64,000 bases of DNA from an uncultured Acidobacteriota bacterium (GCA_963836735.1 CAWIKP010000012.1:25441-89440); one strand, 5' to 3'; shown: positions 52,434 through 62,733, numbered from the stretch's first letter. Program-made: numbers and translations. The notes: generated by a model from the sequence alone, not told the origin.

Positions 52434-52597
52434 CGCCTTCACTCCGACCTCGGTCGCTTGTGACCAGCCAGTATTGCCGAGAGCGGCCGAATCCTGCCTT
52501 TGAATGTTGGCAATCTCTCGCCCAAGCGCCACCGGCCGAGGCCCGCGGGGCGAAGACGGACAATTCTCCCAAGGAACAAGGGGCATCATGGTTTCGT

Positions 52598-52624
52598 CAT
52601 ATATCTTGCGTGACAAGATATATG
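52598..52624. promoter_or_regulatory. AT-rich perfect 11-bp inverted repeat; putative PadR operator
   Basis: CATATATCTTG-cgtga-CAAGATATATG ends 8 nt before the padR ATG (52633). It is strikingly AT-rich for this sequence. Confidence 0.6.
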
Positions 52625-52632
52625 GCACTACC

Positions 52633-52983
52633 ATGATCCCTGTGGACGAGCCCAGGCGCAGCATCGAGCGGGAACTCAAGCGCGGGTCGCTCGAGCTGAT
52701 CGTGCTGCACCTGCTCGCGCCGGGAGAGGCCTACGGGTACGAGATTGTGTCGAAGCTCACGGCGCAGACCAATGGAGCGCTCGAGGTGACTGACGGCACC
52801 CTTTATCCCGTGCTCTATCGCCTCGAGCGGGCCGGGTACGTCGCGGTGCGATGGGAAACACCGGCGCGCGGGGTGCCGCGCAAGTACTACCAGCTCACCG
52901 ACAGCGGGCGCGAGGAACTCGAGCGCCTGAGGAAGGAATGGACGACGTTCGCGGCGGCCATGGCGGACCTGCTCAATGGGTAG
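52633..52983 (+). CDS. PadR-family transcriptional regulator
   Basis: From ATG 52633: MIPVDEPRRSIERELKRGSLELIVLHLLAPGEAYGYEIVSKL...GTLYPVLYRLERAGYVAVRWE...RKYYQLTDSGREEL, a winged-helix PadR signature. Confidence 0.88.
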   Translation: MIPVDEPRRSIERELKRGSLELIVLHLLAPGEAYGYEIVSKLTAQTNGALEVTDGTLYPVLYRLERAGYVAVRWETPARGVPRKYYQLTDSGREELERLRKEWTTFAAAMADLLNG

Positions 52984-52990
52984 AGACCCG

Positions 52991-53038
52991 CGGTTCGCGG
53001 GTTCGCGGTTCGCAGTTCGCCGGGTCTGAACACCCGGC
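52991..53038. repeat. Four GGTTCGC heptamers followed by a REP-like hairpin (gccgggtctgaacacccggc)
   Basis: cggttcgcgggttcgcggttcgcagttcgc (52991-53020) is followed by the stem ccgggt/acccgg around ctgaac (53019-53038). It lies just after the padR stop. Confidence 0.65.
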
Positions 53039-53115
53039 GCCACAAAGTCCTGGTCAGCAGCAACCGAGCCGGAGGCTCAGTCTTCATTCGCCGACGATCA
53101 AGAAAGACACACACC

Positions 53116-53760
53116 ATGACTATCGACGACTACGTCAACGACGTGCTGAACCGGATGCCGGCGGGAACCCCGCGGCGCGAGCAGATCGGGACCGAGCTGC
53201 GTGGTCACATTGCCGAGCGTCTCGCGCAGGGCCGCGCCCTCGACGACGTCCTGCGCGATCTCGGCGACCCGGGGGCGCTCGCCGATTCGTACCTGGCGGA
53301 AGTCCCGCTGATGCAGCCGCCGCACGGCCGCCGCATCGTCGCCAAGCTGATCGATGTGGTGCTGATCGTGTGTCTGTTCGCCGCGCTCGTCATCCCGGCC
53401 GCAACACTGACCGCGTTCAACATCGGCGAACAGTTCGTGTGGATCGCGCTGTGCCTGTCGGTCATCGCCGGCGGCATCCTGGCGTCGTTCTACACGATCG
53501 TCCTGGAATGGCGATACGGCTACACCGTCGGGAAGTATCTCACCGGGCTGAGGGTGGTGCGCGAAACAGGCGCTCGAATCAGCTTCGGACAGTCGGTGGT
53601 CAGGCAGCTGCCGGTGTTCCTGCAGGTCGGCTGGGTCGACGCGATGTTCGTGCTCTTTACCGACAAACGCCAGCGCGCGTTCGAGCTGTTGTCGAAGAGC
53701 CGGTGCGTCGCGGCGCACGAATCCACGTCACAGCAGGCCGCCTTTGCGAGCGAACACTAG
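53116..53760 (+). CDS. Membrane protein with an N-terminal HAAS/DUF1700-like sensor helix bundle fused to an RDD domain
   Basis: 214 aa. The N-terminus is MTIDDYVNDVLNRMPAGTPRREQIGTELRGHIAERLAQG...LGDPGALADSYL, typical of PadR-partner proteins. The RDD-family TM region follows (RRIVAKLIDVVLIVCLF...GKYLTGLRVV). Confidence 0.7.
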   Translation: MTIDDYVNDVLNRMPAGTPRREQIGTELRGHIAERLAQGRALDDVLRDLGDPGALADSYLAEVPLMQPPHGRRIVAKLIDVVLIVCLFAALVIPAATLTAFNIGEQFVWIALCLSVIAGGILASFYTIVLEWRYGYTVGKYLTGLRVVRETGARISFGQSVVRQLPVFLQVGWVDAMFVLFTDKRQRAFELLSKSRCVAAHESTSQQAAFASEH

Positions 53761-54741
53761 GGCCTCGATAGCCGCTCCGCGGGCGCCGGCGGTGTCGCCG
53801 TTCGGCATGATGTGAATCGGGATGTCGGCCTGCTCCTCGCGCTGGGCCGGCATTCCCTCGCGGATCTCGTCGATGAACCAGCCCTGGAACAGCTGCCCCG
53901 TCTCGATCGCGCCGCCGCCGACGATGAGCGCATCGGGGTCGAAGGTGTTGATCATCTCGTCGAAGAACAGGCCGAGCGCGCGGGCCTGGACGCGGAAGAT
54001 GTCGCGGCACATCGCATCACCCCGCTCGGCCATGCCGCGCACCTTCTTCGCCGCTTCCGCCGGCGGGAGCGATGCCAGCTCGTGGCCGGGATAGCGGGCG
54101 AGGAAATACGGCAGCAGCGTCCGCCGGATCGCGGTGAGCGAGCACAACGACTCCAGGTCGCCGACCCGCCCGCAGTTGCAGTCGGGCCTGAGGCCGGAGA
54201 TTTCGGTGATGCTCTGATACGGGATCAGCACGTGCCCGAGCTCGCCGCCGAATCCCTTTCGGCCCTTCACGACCGCCCCGTCCACGATCACACCGCCGCC
54301 GAGGCCGGTGCCGACGATCGCCGAGATCGACGTGGCCGGCGCCGACGCAAAAATCGCGAAGTGGCCCCACAAGGCGCCGGCATTGCCGTCGTTCAGATAG
54401 GTGACGGGCTTATTGAGCTTTCGCGCCAGCGCGTCGCGGATGTCGAAGCTGGCCCAGCGATCGTGAACGAAGTTGGTGGAGCCGCGCGCACTGAGATGAC
54501 CGGCGGCGCTCGCCGGCCCCGGCGTGTCGAGCCCCACGACCGCGATGTCGTCGCGGGTGAGCCCCGCGCGCGCCGCCGCCACGGTCAGCCCGTCGTCTAT
54601 CTGCCGCAGGCAGATGTCCGGCCCTTCCACGGCCCGCGCCGGATGCTCGCAGAGGCCGTCGATCAGCCACTGCCCGTCCGCGGTGATGAATGTGTAGTTG
54701 ACGGCGGTGCCGCCGAGATCGATGCCAGCTGTGACACGCAC
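53728..54741 (-). CDS. ROK-family sugar kinase (glucokinase-like)
   Basis: Intact 337-aa ORF with a GTG start. It has DLGGT (GIDLGGTAVN), LNDGNAGALWG, the ROK signature GTGLGGGVIVDG...GGELGH and the zinc motif CNCGRVGDLES. Confidence 0.88.
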   Translation of the reverse strand: MRVTAGIDLGGTAVNYTFITADGQWLIDGLCEHPARAVEGPDICLRQIDDGLTVAAARAGLTRDDIAVVGLDTPGPASAAGHLSARGSTNFVHDRWASFDIRDALARKLNKPVTYLNDGNAGALWGHFAIFASAPATSISAIVGTGLGGGVIVDGAVVKGRKGFGGELGHVLIPYQSITEISGLRPDCNCGRVGDLESLCSLTAIRRTLLPYFLARYPGHELASLPPAEAAKKVRGMAERGDAMCRDIFRVQARALGLFFDEMINTFDPDALIVGGGAIETGQLFQGWFIDEIREGMPAQREEQADIPIHIMPNGDTAGARGAAIEALVFARKGGLL

Positions 54742-54809
54742 GGGAGCTCCGCTACTTCATTGCCAAAAGGTCCGCCTTCGCGCCGTTACTAATCGGGCGG
54801 CGCTCCGGC

Positions 54810-55068
54810 GAGACCTCGCCGTAGCTGGTCGGTGGATTCTCGCCGACCAGCGTAGGCGGGCCAACATTGCCAAGATTGCCAAATCAAATGCTGGGCACGT
54901 TCCGACGCTTCAGCAGCCAGGCACAACTCTGCTCCCTCGAGCTCGCAGTCTTCGCAGTTGGCAATCCTGGTGCGGGGTGAGTGACGCCCCGGAGTCGCCC
55001 ACGTCCGAACTGCCCCGAGCATTTGCAATCTTGGCAATTTTGGCAATCTTGGCACTTCTGGCAATGCT
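54810..55068. repeat. Composite element in the OFOR/ROK gap: copy 2 of the 75-nt repeat plus a palindrome with 9-nt ATTGCCAAG / CTTGGCAAT arms
   Basis: 54810-54883 matches 52269-52343; its hairpin is 54824-54832 / 54843-54851. Left arm 54862-54893 is ccaacattgccaagattgccaaatcaaatgc. Right arm 55019-55068 is gcatttgcaatcttggcaattttggcaatcttggcacttctggcaatgc. The spacer is ~125 nt. The element ends at the OFOR-beta stop (55069). Confidence 0.85.
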
Positions 55069-56124
55069 CTAGCGGAAGCGCGCCTGCAGCTTGTCCAGTT
55101 CGGCGCTTCCGGGACACAGCTCTTCGTAGGAGAGCTGCGTCAACGGCGTCGCGACCGTATCGTTCTGCTCGTGCAGGTCGCTCGAGTCGGGTGAGAGATA
55201 GAGCAGGCCGGTCACGATCTCGCCCTCTTTCTGCCGCTCGCGGATGTAGGCGTAGGCGCGATCGCGATCGGTGGGGTCGTACTGCTCGGCCACCTTGCGC
55301 AGCCGCACGGCGCTCCCGTCGTGGAGCGTGACGGTCTGGACGCTGCCCGGCTCGTAGTCGGTGGTGATCGCCCGGGTTGGCAGCACGAAGTCCGCCTGCA
55401 CGACCTCGACGTTCTTCTCGCGCGTGTAGGCGTAGCTCTTGGTGGACCCTTCGTGGTCGTTGAACGTGACGCAGGGGGAGATCACGTCGATGAACGCGAA
55501 GCCCGCGTGCGAGAGCCCGGCCTTGATGATCGGCACGAGCTGCGCCTTGTCGCCCGAGAAGCCGCGGGCGACGAACGTCGCGCCGAGCGCCAGCGCCAGC
55601 AGGCAGCCGTCGATCGCTTCCATCGTGTTCGGCTCACCCTTCTTGCTGAGCGAACCGGGATCGGCCGACGCCGAGAACTGGCCCTTGGTCAGGCCGTAGA
55701 CGCCGTTGTTCTCCAGCACGTAGAGAACGTTGACGTTGCGGCGGATCGCATGGCACAGCTGCCCGAGGCCGATCGACAGCGAGTCGCCGTCGCCGGACAC
55801 GCCGATGTAGATGATGTCGCGATTGGCGGCGTTCGCGCCGGTCACCAGCGCCGGCATGCGCCCGTGCACGCCGTTGAAGCCGTGCGCCTCGCGCAGGAAA
55901 TACGCGGGCGTCTTCGACGAGCAGCCGATGCCCGACAGCTTGGCCACCCGGTGCGGCGGAATCGACAGTTCCCAGAAGGCCTGGATGATGGCCGCCGTAA
56001 TCGAATCGTGGCCGCACCCGGCGCAGAGCGTCGTCAGCGAGCCTTCGTAGTCGCGGCGGATCAGGCCGATCGCGTTCTTCTGGAGCGCGGGATGATGAAC
56101 CGTGGGCTTGGCGATGTAGGTCAC
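55069..56124 (-). CDS. 2-oxoacid:ferredoxin oxidoreductase, beta (TPP-binding) subunit
   Basis: The GTG at 56124 is preceded by GGAGAAAG and overlaps the alpha-subunit stop (GTGA). The sequence reads VTYIAKPTVHHPAL...TLCAGCGHDSI...GVSGDGDSLSIGLGQL...NNGVYGLTKGQ, and the protein is 351 aa. The listed ORF 55069..57033 is a chimera with a shifted alpha fragment. Confidence 0.88.
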   Translation of the reverse strand: MTYIAKPTVHHPALQKNAIGLIRRDYEGSLTTLCAGCGHDSITAAIIQAFWELSIPPHRVAKLSGIGCSSKTPAYFLREAHGFNGVHGRMPALVTGANAANRDIIYIGVSGDGDSLSIGLGQLCHAIRRNVNVLYVLENNGVYGLTKGQFSASADPGSLSKKGEPNTMEAIDGCLLALALGATFVARGFSGDKAQLVPIIKAGLSHAGFAFIDVISPCVTFNDHEGSTKSYAYTREKNVEVVQADFVLPTRAITTDYEPGSVQTVTLHDGSAVRLRKVAEQYDPTDRDRAYAYIRERQKEGEIVTGLLYLSPDSSDLHEQNDTVATPLTQLSYEELCPGSAELDKLQARFR

Positions 56125-57919
56125 GCCGCTTTCTCCAGTCTGGCCTTGACGCCGGCGATCACGTGATGGGCGCTCATCGGGAACCCGCCGTAGTAGCGAA
56201 CCGGCTCCAGCTTCTCGACCGCGACGCCGGTCTCGAGCTGCAGCAGGTTGCGAAGCTGCCCGTCGCGATTCTGCTCGACGATGAAGTTCACGTCGTGTCG
56301 CTCGAGGAAGGCGCCCACCTCGTCGCCGAAGGGGAAGCCCGCGGACGCGCATGTAGTTCACCGCGATGCCGTCGGCGGCGAGCCGGTCGAGCGCTTCGGT
56401 GCAGGCGGCATGACAGCCGCCGACCGTGACCAGCCCGACCCGGGCGCCCGCGGCCAGCTGCACGATCGGCTGGGGCACCGCACGCGCCGCGCGCTGGATC
56501 TTGCGATCGATCCGATCGATGACCTCGACGTATTCCTCGGAGTCCTCGGTGTAGGCGCCGAAGCGGTTGTGCCCCGAGCCTCGCGTGAAGTACGCCCCGC
56601 TCGGGTGCACGCCTGGAAGCGTCCGGGGCGCGATCCCGTCGCCATCCGCATCGATGTAGCGGGCGAAGGACTTGACCTCGTCCAGCTCCTCCGCCGAGAG
56701 CACCTTGCCGCGGTCGGGCCGATAGTTGTCGTCCCAGGTGAGCTTCGGCACCATCCAGTCGTTCATGCCGATGTCCAGATCGGTGAGCACGAAGACCGGC
56801 GTCTGGAACCGCTCGGCGAGATCGAACGCGCTCGCGGCGAATTCGAAGGCCTCCCGGGGATCTCCGGGATAGATGCAGATGTGCCGGGTGTCGCCGTGCG
56901 ACGCATACGCGCACATCATCAGGTCGCATTGCTGCGTGCGGGTCGGCATGCCGGTGGAGGGTCCGGTGCGCTGCACGTCGAAGATCACCGCCGGAACCTC
57001 GGCGTAATACGCCAGCCCGATGAACTCGTTCATCAGCGAGATGCCCGGGCCCGGCGGTCGGCGTGAACGCGCGCGCGCCTGCCCACGACGCCCCGATCAC
57101 CATGCCGATCGCGGCGATCTCGTCCTCGGCCTGGAGAATCGCAAACCGGTTCCGACTGGTCTCGGGCTCGCGGCGATACTTCTGGCAGAACCCTTTGAAG
57201 GCTTCCATCAGCGACGTCGCCGGCGTAATCGGATACCACGCGCCGACCGTCGCCCCGGCGTAGAGGCAGCCGAGCGCCGCCGCGGTGTTGCCGTCGATCA
57301 GAATCGAATCGCGGGTGAGATCCAGTGCCGACAGGTGAATCGGGAGCGGACAATCGAAGTGCGCCTTCGCGTAGTCGTAGCCGATGTCGACCGCCTGCCG
57401 GTTGGAGTCCATCAGCGCCGGCTTGCGCCCGTACCTTTCCTTGAGCAGCGCGCGGATCACGTCGGGATCCATGTTCAGCAGCGCCGCCAGCGCGCCGGCG
57501 TACGCGATGTTCTTCATCAGGATCCGCTCGCGCATGCCGGAGAACCGTGCGTTGCACATCTCGGCGAGCGGGATGCCCAGATAGGTGATATCGGGCCGGA
57601 GCAGCCGCTGATCGAGCGGCCAGGTCGAGTCGTACAGCAGCCAGCCCCCGGAACGGACTTCGGCGACGTCCCGGCCGTAGGTGGCGGGATTGAGCGCCAC
57701 CATCAGGTCGAAATGAGGCGTCCTCGCGGTATAGCCGCGCTCGCTGACCCGGATCTCATACCAGGTCGGCAGCCCCTGAATGTTGGAAGGAAACACGTTC
57801 TTGCCGGTGACAGGAATGCCCATCCGGAAGATCGCCTGCATGATGAGCCCGTTGGCGGAGGCCGATCCGGTCCCGTTGGCGGTGGCGATCTTGAACGCGA
57901 AGTCGTTGGTCTGGTTCAT
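56121..57919 (-). pseudogene. 2-oxoacid:ferredoxin oxidoreductase, alpha subunit; two +1 frame breaks (~57040-57050, ~56334-56342)
   Basis: MNQTNDFAFKIATANGTGSASANGLIMQAIFRMGIPV...FTPTAGPG is followed by ISLMNEFIGLAYYAEVPAVIFDVQRTGPSTGMPTRTQQCDL...AVNYMRVRG and then FPFGDEVGAFLERHDVNFIVEQNRDGQLRNLLQLE...ARLEKAA*. Confidence 0.88.
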
Positions 57920-57920
57920 A

Positions 57921-58053
57921 AAGTCGAAACAGCTTCCAGCTCCCAGCTTCCAGCTTCCAGCGGCTCGGGAGTGACATCGCCCGGCCGCTGACGACACCGA
58001 GAATCCGGAGCTCTGAGCTGGCAACTGGAAGCTGGAAGCTGGCAACTTTCGAC
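57921..58053. repeat. Tandem-repeat-armed palindrome (unit CAGCTTC / GAAGCTG) between the GltD-like gene and OFOR-alpha
   Basis: Left arm 57921-57961 is aagtcgaaacagcttccagctcccagcttccagcttccagc. Right arm 58017-58053 is gctggcaactggaagctggaagctggcaactttcgac. The 55-nt spacer contains ctcgggagtgacatcgcccgg. Confidence 0.88.
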
Positions 58054-58063
58054 GTCAGTTCCC

Positions 58064-59869
58064 TCACACCGCCATCAACGGAATCACCGTGGCCCCGGCA
58101 TACGGAATCTGGAGCGCGAACTTCCGCATGTCCCATGCGTAGGTCGGGCAGCGCTCCGCGCACAGACCGCAGTGCAGGCAGATGTTCTCGTCCTTGGCCA
58201 TCACCCGGCCGGTCTGCTTGAGCGCGCTGGAGGCGTAGAGCGGCTGATCGAGATTGAGCGCCGGCGCCGAGGAACTGCGTCCGCATCTCCGGCTCGGGCA
58301 GGCTCGGGGTAATGGTGAGGCAGTCCACCGGACAGATATCGACGCAGGCATCGCACTCGATGCAGAGCGATTCGGTGAAGTGGGTCTGCACGTCGCAGTT
58401 CAGGCACCGCTCCACTTCCGCCGTGGTCTGCTCCAGCGAGAAGCCCTTTTCCACTTCCGTGGTCATGCTCTGGAAGCGGATGCGCAGATCCACGTGCTTC
58501 ATCTTCTGGCGCGGAGCGTGGTCGTAGTTGTTGCTGTACGCCCACTGATGCAGCCCCATCTTGGTGCTCGTGAGCGTCTGGCCCTGCGGCGGCCGCTCGG
58601 TGACCGGAATGCCCTGGCAGTAGTTGTGGATGGAGATGGCCGCCTGATGGCCGTGCTCCACCGCCCAGATGATGTTCGCGGGACCGAACGCGGCGTCGCC
58701 GCCGAAGAAGACTCCGGGGCGCGTGGACATGAACGTGGTCTTGTCGACGACCGGCATGTCCCACTTCCCGAACTCGAGCCCGATGTTGCGCTCGATGAAC
58801 GGAAACGCGTTGTCCTGCCCGATGGCGAGCACCACCGTGTCGCACGGCAGAATCTCGCGGCCGATGACCTCCTGCTTGAGGCCCTGTGTCGGTCTCGACC
58901 GACTGGAACTTGTCGAACTCCATCCCGGTCAGCTTGCCGTTCTCGATGATGAAGCGGACCGGCTGGAGGTTCTCGATGATGTCCACGCCTTCTTCTTCGG
59001 CGTCCTCGAGCTCCCAGGGCGACGCCTTGAAGTACTTGCGGGTCTTGCGGGCGATGACCTTGACCGTCGGTCGCGCCGAGCCGCTTCGCCGAGCGGCAGC
59101 AATCCATCGCGGTATTGCCGACACCGATAATCAGCACGCGCTTGCCGACCGAGTCGACGTGACCGAAATGGATCGACTCGAGCCACTCGATGCCGATGAA
59201 GATCTGGTCGGTCTCGTGACGGCCGGGAATCTCGAGCTCCTTGCCTTTCGGCGCGCCGCTGCCGACGAACACCGCATCGTATTCGCCGGAATCGAGCAGG
59301 GCGCCGAGGCTGTTCACGGGCGAGTCGTAGCGGACGTCCACGCCCATGTCCGTGATGTAGGCGATCTCTTCGTCCAGCACTTCTTCCGGCAGCCGGAATG
59401 CGGGGATGTTGATGCGCATCAGCCCGCCCGGACGCGGCAGCTTCTCGAAGATCGTCACCGAGTAGCCGAGCGGCATCAGGTCGTTGGCCACGGTCAGCGA
59501 CGCCGGCCCGGCGCCGATCAGCGCGACTTTCTTGCCGTTCTTCTCGTCGGGCGCCTTCGGCAGCAGGTGCCGGACTTCGCCGCGATGGTCCGCGGCGACT
59601 CGCTTCAAGCGGCAGATGGCGACCGGTTTCCCGTCGATGCGGCCACGCCGGCAGGCGGGCTCGCACGGACGGTCGCAGGTCCGGCCGAGAATGCCGGGAA
59701 ACACGTTCGACTCGCGATTCACCATGTAAGCCTCGGTGAACCGCCCCTGCGCGATCAGTCGGATGTACTCGGGAACGTTGGTGTGGGCGGGACACGCCCA
59801 CTGACAGTCAACGACGCGATGGTAGTAGTCCGGATGCCCGACGTTGGTAGGCTGCATGCAAGAGGCCAT
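58064..59869 (-). pseudogene. GltD-like NAD(P)H-dependent oxidoreductase fused to a C-terminal 2x[4Fe-4S] ferredoxin domain; three +1 frame breaks (~59066-59078, ~58878-58890, ~58255-58270)
   Basis: The N-terminus has Cys clusters (DCQWACPAHTNVPEYI...TCDRPCEPACRRG) and a Rossmann motif (KKVALIGAGPASLTVANDL). The next segments are PTVKVIARKTRKYFKASPWELEDAEEEGV... and ...VVLAIGQDNAF...FFGGDAAFGP. The ferredoxin motifs are CLNCDVQ...CIECDACVDICP and CLHCGLCAERCP. Confidence 0.82.
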
Positions 59870-59913
59870 TATAGGGCAATCGCGGCAAAGCGTTGGAAGT
59901 CGCGGGATGGCTA

Positions 59914-60034
59914 GGCTCGGGGCTCGGGGCTCGGGGCTCGGGGAGCTCGGGGTAATCAGAGGCAACGAGCAAATCGGCAGGGCTTCGACCCCGCCATTCG
60001 ACTTTCAGCTCGAATCCCGAGCCCCGAGCCCCGG
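59914..60034. repeat. Tandem-repeat-armed palindrome (unit GGGGCTC) with a partial copy of the conserved core
   Basis: Left arm 59914-59952 has five GGGG runs. Right arm 60016-60034 is cccgagccccgagccccgg. The spacer starts taatCAGAGGCAACGAGc; that 13-mer (59957-59969) is identical to 38784-38796 and 61386-61398. Confidence 0.85.
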
Positions 60035-60041
60035 ACAAGCG

Positions 60042-61302
60042 TCAGACCGCAATCGCCGGCGCCGTCAGCGCGGCGAGCACTTCCTTGTAGAGATACTTCG
60101 CGCCCTCCACGCCGTTCAGCGGCCCTTCCTCGTACTCGAGCGCGAAGGTGCCCTTGAAGCCGCCGGCGAGCATGATGCGCACCGATCGCTGCACGTCGTT
60201 CCTGTCGCCCCAGCGGTCCCAGTACTTGGCGTGCACGTTGGTGTGCGGCGTACGGCGCGAGCGCCTTGAGGCCGTGGAAGAGCATGTACTCGTGCTCCCA
60301 GTTGCAGAAGTCGGGAGACGCCTCGCAGTACGGGTGGTTCACCTCGTCGAGGATGATGCGGATGTTCTGCGGATCGGCCGCCAGGCCCCAGTGGTTCTCG
60401 ATGGTGACCTTGATGCCGAGGTTGCCGCCGTAGTCCGCCATCTCCTTGTACGACTCGATCGCGGCCTTCAGCATCGGGACGATGTCGACGTTGCGGGGGT
60501 AGCCGTCGCCGGGACCGCGCGGGATGGCGTTCGGCCGGATGCCCGGGCCGAGCGCGGACGTGGAGTTCATGCGCATCGACTTCACGCCGAGCACCGCGCA
60601 GCCCTCGAGCCACTTCTTGCGCGATCTCGACACCAGCCTTGCGCGGCGTCCTCGTCCGGTCCGGCGAGATTGGTCGGCGCGTTGTTCGAGATGTGCTGGC
60701 ACTTGACGCCGGTCTTCGCCATGACGCCGGCCAGGCGATCGAGCCACTTGCGCGCCGGAGGGCGTCGACGGATCGAACGTGCGCCCGGCGAACATGCTGT
60801 CGTCGGTGACGTCCCCGAACAGCCCCGAGAACAGGTCCATGTGCGTCACGCCCGGGAACGTGTCCTTCGTGAACTGCGGGAAGTCCAGCATCGTGATCTC
60901 GCCGTACTTCGCCTTCATCTGTTCCGGCGACCAGCCGCCGTTGGCTGGAGAACGCTGAACGATCGGCGCGGCGTCACCGCCCCTGCCCGCTGCCGGCGCG
61001 CGGCGCCTGGGTCGCGCCGGCCTGCGCTCCTGGTGCTGGCGGGGCTGCCGCCGGCGCCTCCCGGCGCCGCGCCGCGGCCCACCGCCGCCGCCCCGCCCCG
61101 CGCCCCCGCGCGCTGCTTGAAAATCGATCGAATCGGCCACGTGCACGACGCAAGGCGCATCGAGCCGATCCTTGTCGGTCTTGAACTGCGCCAGCGCCCG
61201 CTCGGCCGGCGTCAGCGCCACACCCGCCGCCGTGAGCCCCGCACCCGCGACCCGGATGAAATTGCGTCGATCAATACCCTTGTCGGTCTGCTGTTCTTCC
61301 AT
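60042..61302 (-). pseudogene. Tat-exported sugar phosphate isomerase/epimerase (xylose isomerase-like TIM barrel); about four +1 frame breaks (~60750-60760, two near 60625-60650, ~60238-60246)
   Basis: The twin-arginine signal is MEEQQTDKGIDRRNFIRVAGAGLTAAGVAL. The body reads ...FPGVTHMDLFSGLFGD... / KWLDRLAGVMAKTGVKCQHISNNAP / KKWLEGCAVLGVKSMRMNS...IKVTIENHWGL...PDFCNWEHE / NVHAKYWDRWGD...FALEYEEGP...*. A Gly/Arg-rich linker (60950-61130) has an uncertain frame. Confidence 0.75.
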
Positions 61303-61345
61303 CTCGTTGCCCTCGAGCGTGCATCATATCGCGTCGCGTCGGCTA

Positions 61346-61474
61346 CGGGGCTCGGGGCTCGGGCCGGGCCGGCGGACCGGTGTACCAGAGGCAACGAGCC
61401 GCTGGGATCTGCCACCGTTGCCATCTGAGTACACCGGCTCTGCCGAGCCCCGAGCCCCGAGCCCCAGCCCCGAG
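61346..61474. repeat. Tandem-repeat-armed palindrome (unit GGGGCTC) with a conserved 61-nt hairpin core, in the divergent TIM-barrel/pilT gap
   Basis: The left arm is 61346-61372. Core 61377-61437 is ccggtgtaccagaggcaacg-[19-nt loop agccgcTGGGATCtgccac]-cgttgccatctgagtacaccgg. Right arm 61443-61474 is ccgagccccgagccccgagccccagccccgag. Confidence 0.9.
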
Positions 61475-61541
61475 TCTGGTACTCTGACTTCCATGACCAC
61501 TGGCGCACAGAATCCTCCGCCGCCCGCCGACGGGCGACACC

Positions 61542-62653
61542 GTGGCCCCTGCGCCGGCGATTCCGACACAGGCGTTGATCACGGCGATGCTCGATTCCGG
61601 CAAGGGCATCAGCGATCTCGTGTTTTCTCCGGGACGCCCTCCGCAGGTCGAGAAACAGGGGCAGCTGACGCCGGTCGCCTTCCGTCGCTGTCGACGCTTC
61701 GGCCGGAAGACACGGCGAGAATTGCCGGCGAGCTCCTGCGGGGCAACGAAACAGCGCTTCGCACGCTCAAGGAACAGGGGGCGTGCGACTTGTCGTACTC
61801 GCTGCCGGAGCGCGGCCGGTTCCGCGTGAACATCTTCAAGCAGCGCGGCTCGTTTGCCATCATCATGCGGGTCATCGCGGGGAAGATTCCGACGCTCGCC
61901 GAGCTGCAGCTGCCGCCCGTCCTGGCGGAGATGGCGACGCTGAAAAACGGCATCGTCCTGGTGACCGGGCCGACCGGATCGGGGAAATCCTCCACGCTGG
62001 CGGCGATCATCGATCTCATCAACGACACACGCGCCGAGCACATCCTCACCATCGAGGATCCGATCGAGTTCCTCCACTACCACAAGAAGGCCACGATCCA
62101 TCAGCGCGAGCTCCACAGCGATACGCCGACGTTCGCGGCCGCGCTGAAGGCTGCCCTTCGTCAGGCGCCGAAAGTGATCCTGGTCGGCGAGATGCGCGAT
62201 CGGGAGACCATCGAAATCGCGCTGACCGCCGCAGAGACCGGGCACCTGGTGTTCTCGACCCTGCACACGATCGACGCCTCGAAGACAGTGGACCGGATCA
62301 TCGGCACCTTCGACGCCGGCGATCAGCAGGCCGTGCGGACGCGCCTGGCCAATTCATTCCGCTACATCGTGTCGCAGCGTCTCGTGCCGACGAAAGCCGG
62401 CGGCCGGGTGGCTGTGCTGGAGATCCTGAAGGCGACGATGCGGACGCGCGAGTACCTCGAGCGTGGCGAGGCCGAGGGAAAGACGCTGCTCGATGCCATG
62501 CGCGACGGCGAGCTCGATGGCATGCAGCACTTCGATGGTGAGCTGGAGAAGCTGCTGCGGGCCGACGCCATCAGCCGGGCGACCGCCCTCCTCTACGCCA
62601 CCAACCAGGGCAACCTGCAGCTGCAGATTGCCGACATTCCGTCCGACGCCTGA
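61542..62653 (+). pseudogene. pilT: Type IV pilus retraction ATPase PilT; -1 frame break near 61678-61684; start uncertain
   Basis: The GTG 61542 frame gives MAPAPAIPTQALITAMLDSGKGISDLVFSPGRPPQVEKQGQLTPVAF. It continues in the frame of ORF 61172..62653: PSLSTLRPEDTARIAG...GPTGSGKSSTLAA (Walker A)...ILVGEMRD...TGHLVFSTLHT. The ATG at 61493 is in the second frame and would need an extra compensating shift. Confidence 0.88.
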
Positions 62654-62733
62654 CGCGAAGGGCCGCGCCCTGGACGATATAATTCGCGGTTCAGGAGACC
62701 TGAGAGTGCCGAACCCTTCGAGATACAGCGCGT

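Noticed and set aside
55069-57033. A 654-aa ORF that looks like a fused OFOR alpha-beta protein.
   Set aside because: It is a chimera. A shifted middle segment of the alpha subunit reads through ~70 junk codons into the beta subunit. Alpha has its own C-terminus (…ARLEKAA*) in another frame, overlapping the beta GTG start at 56121-56124.
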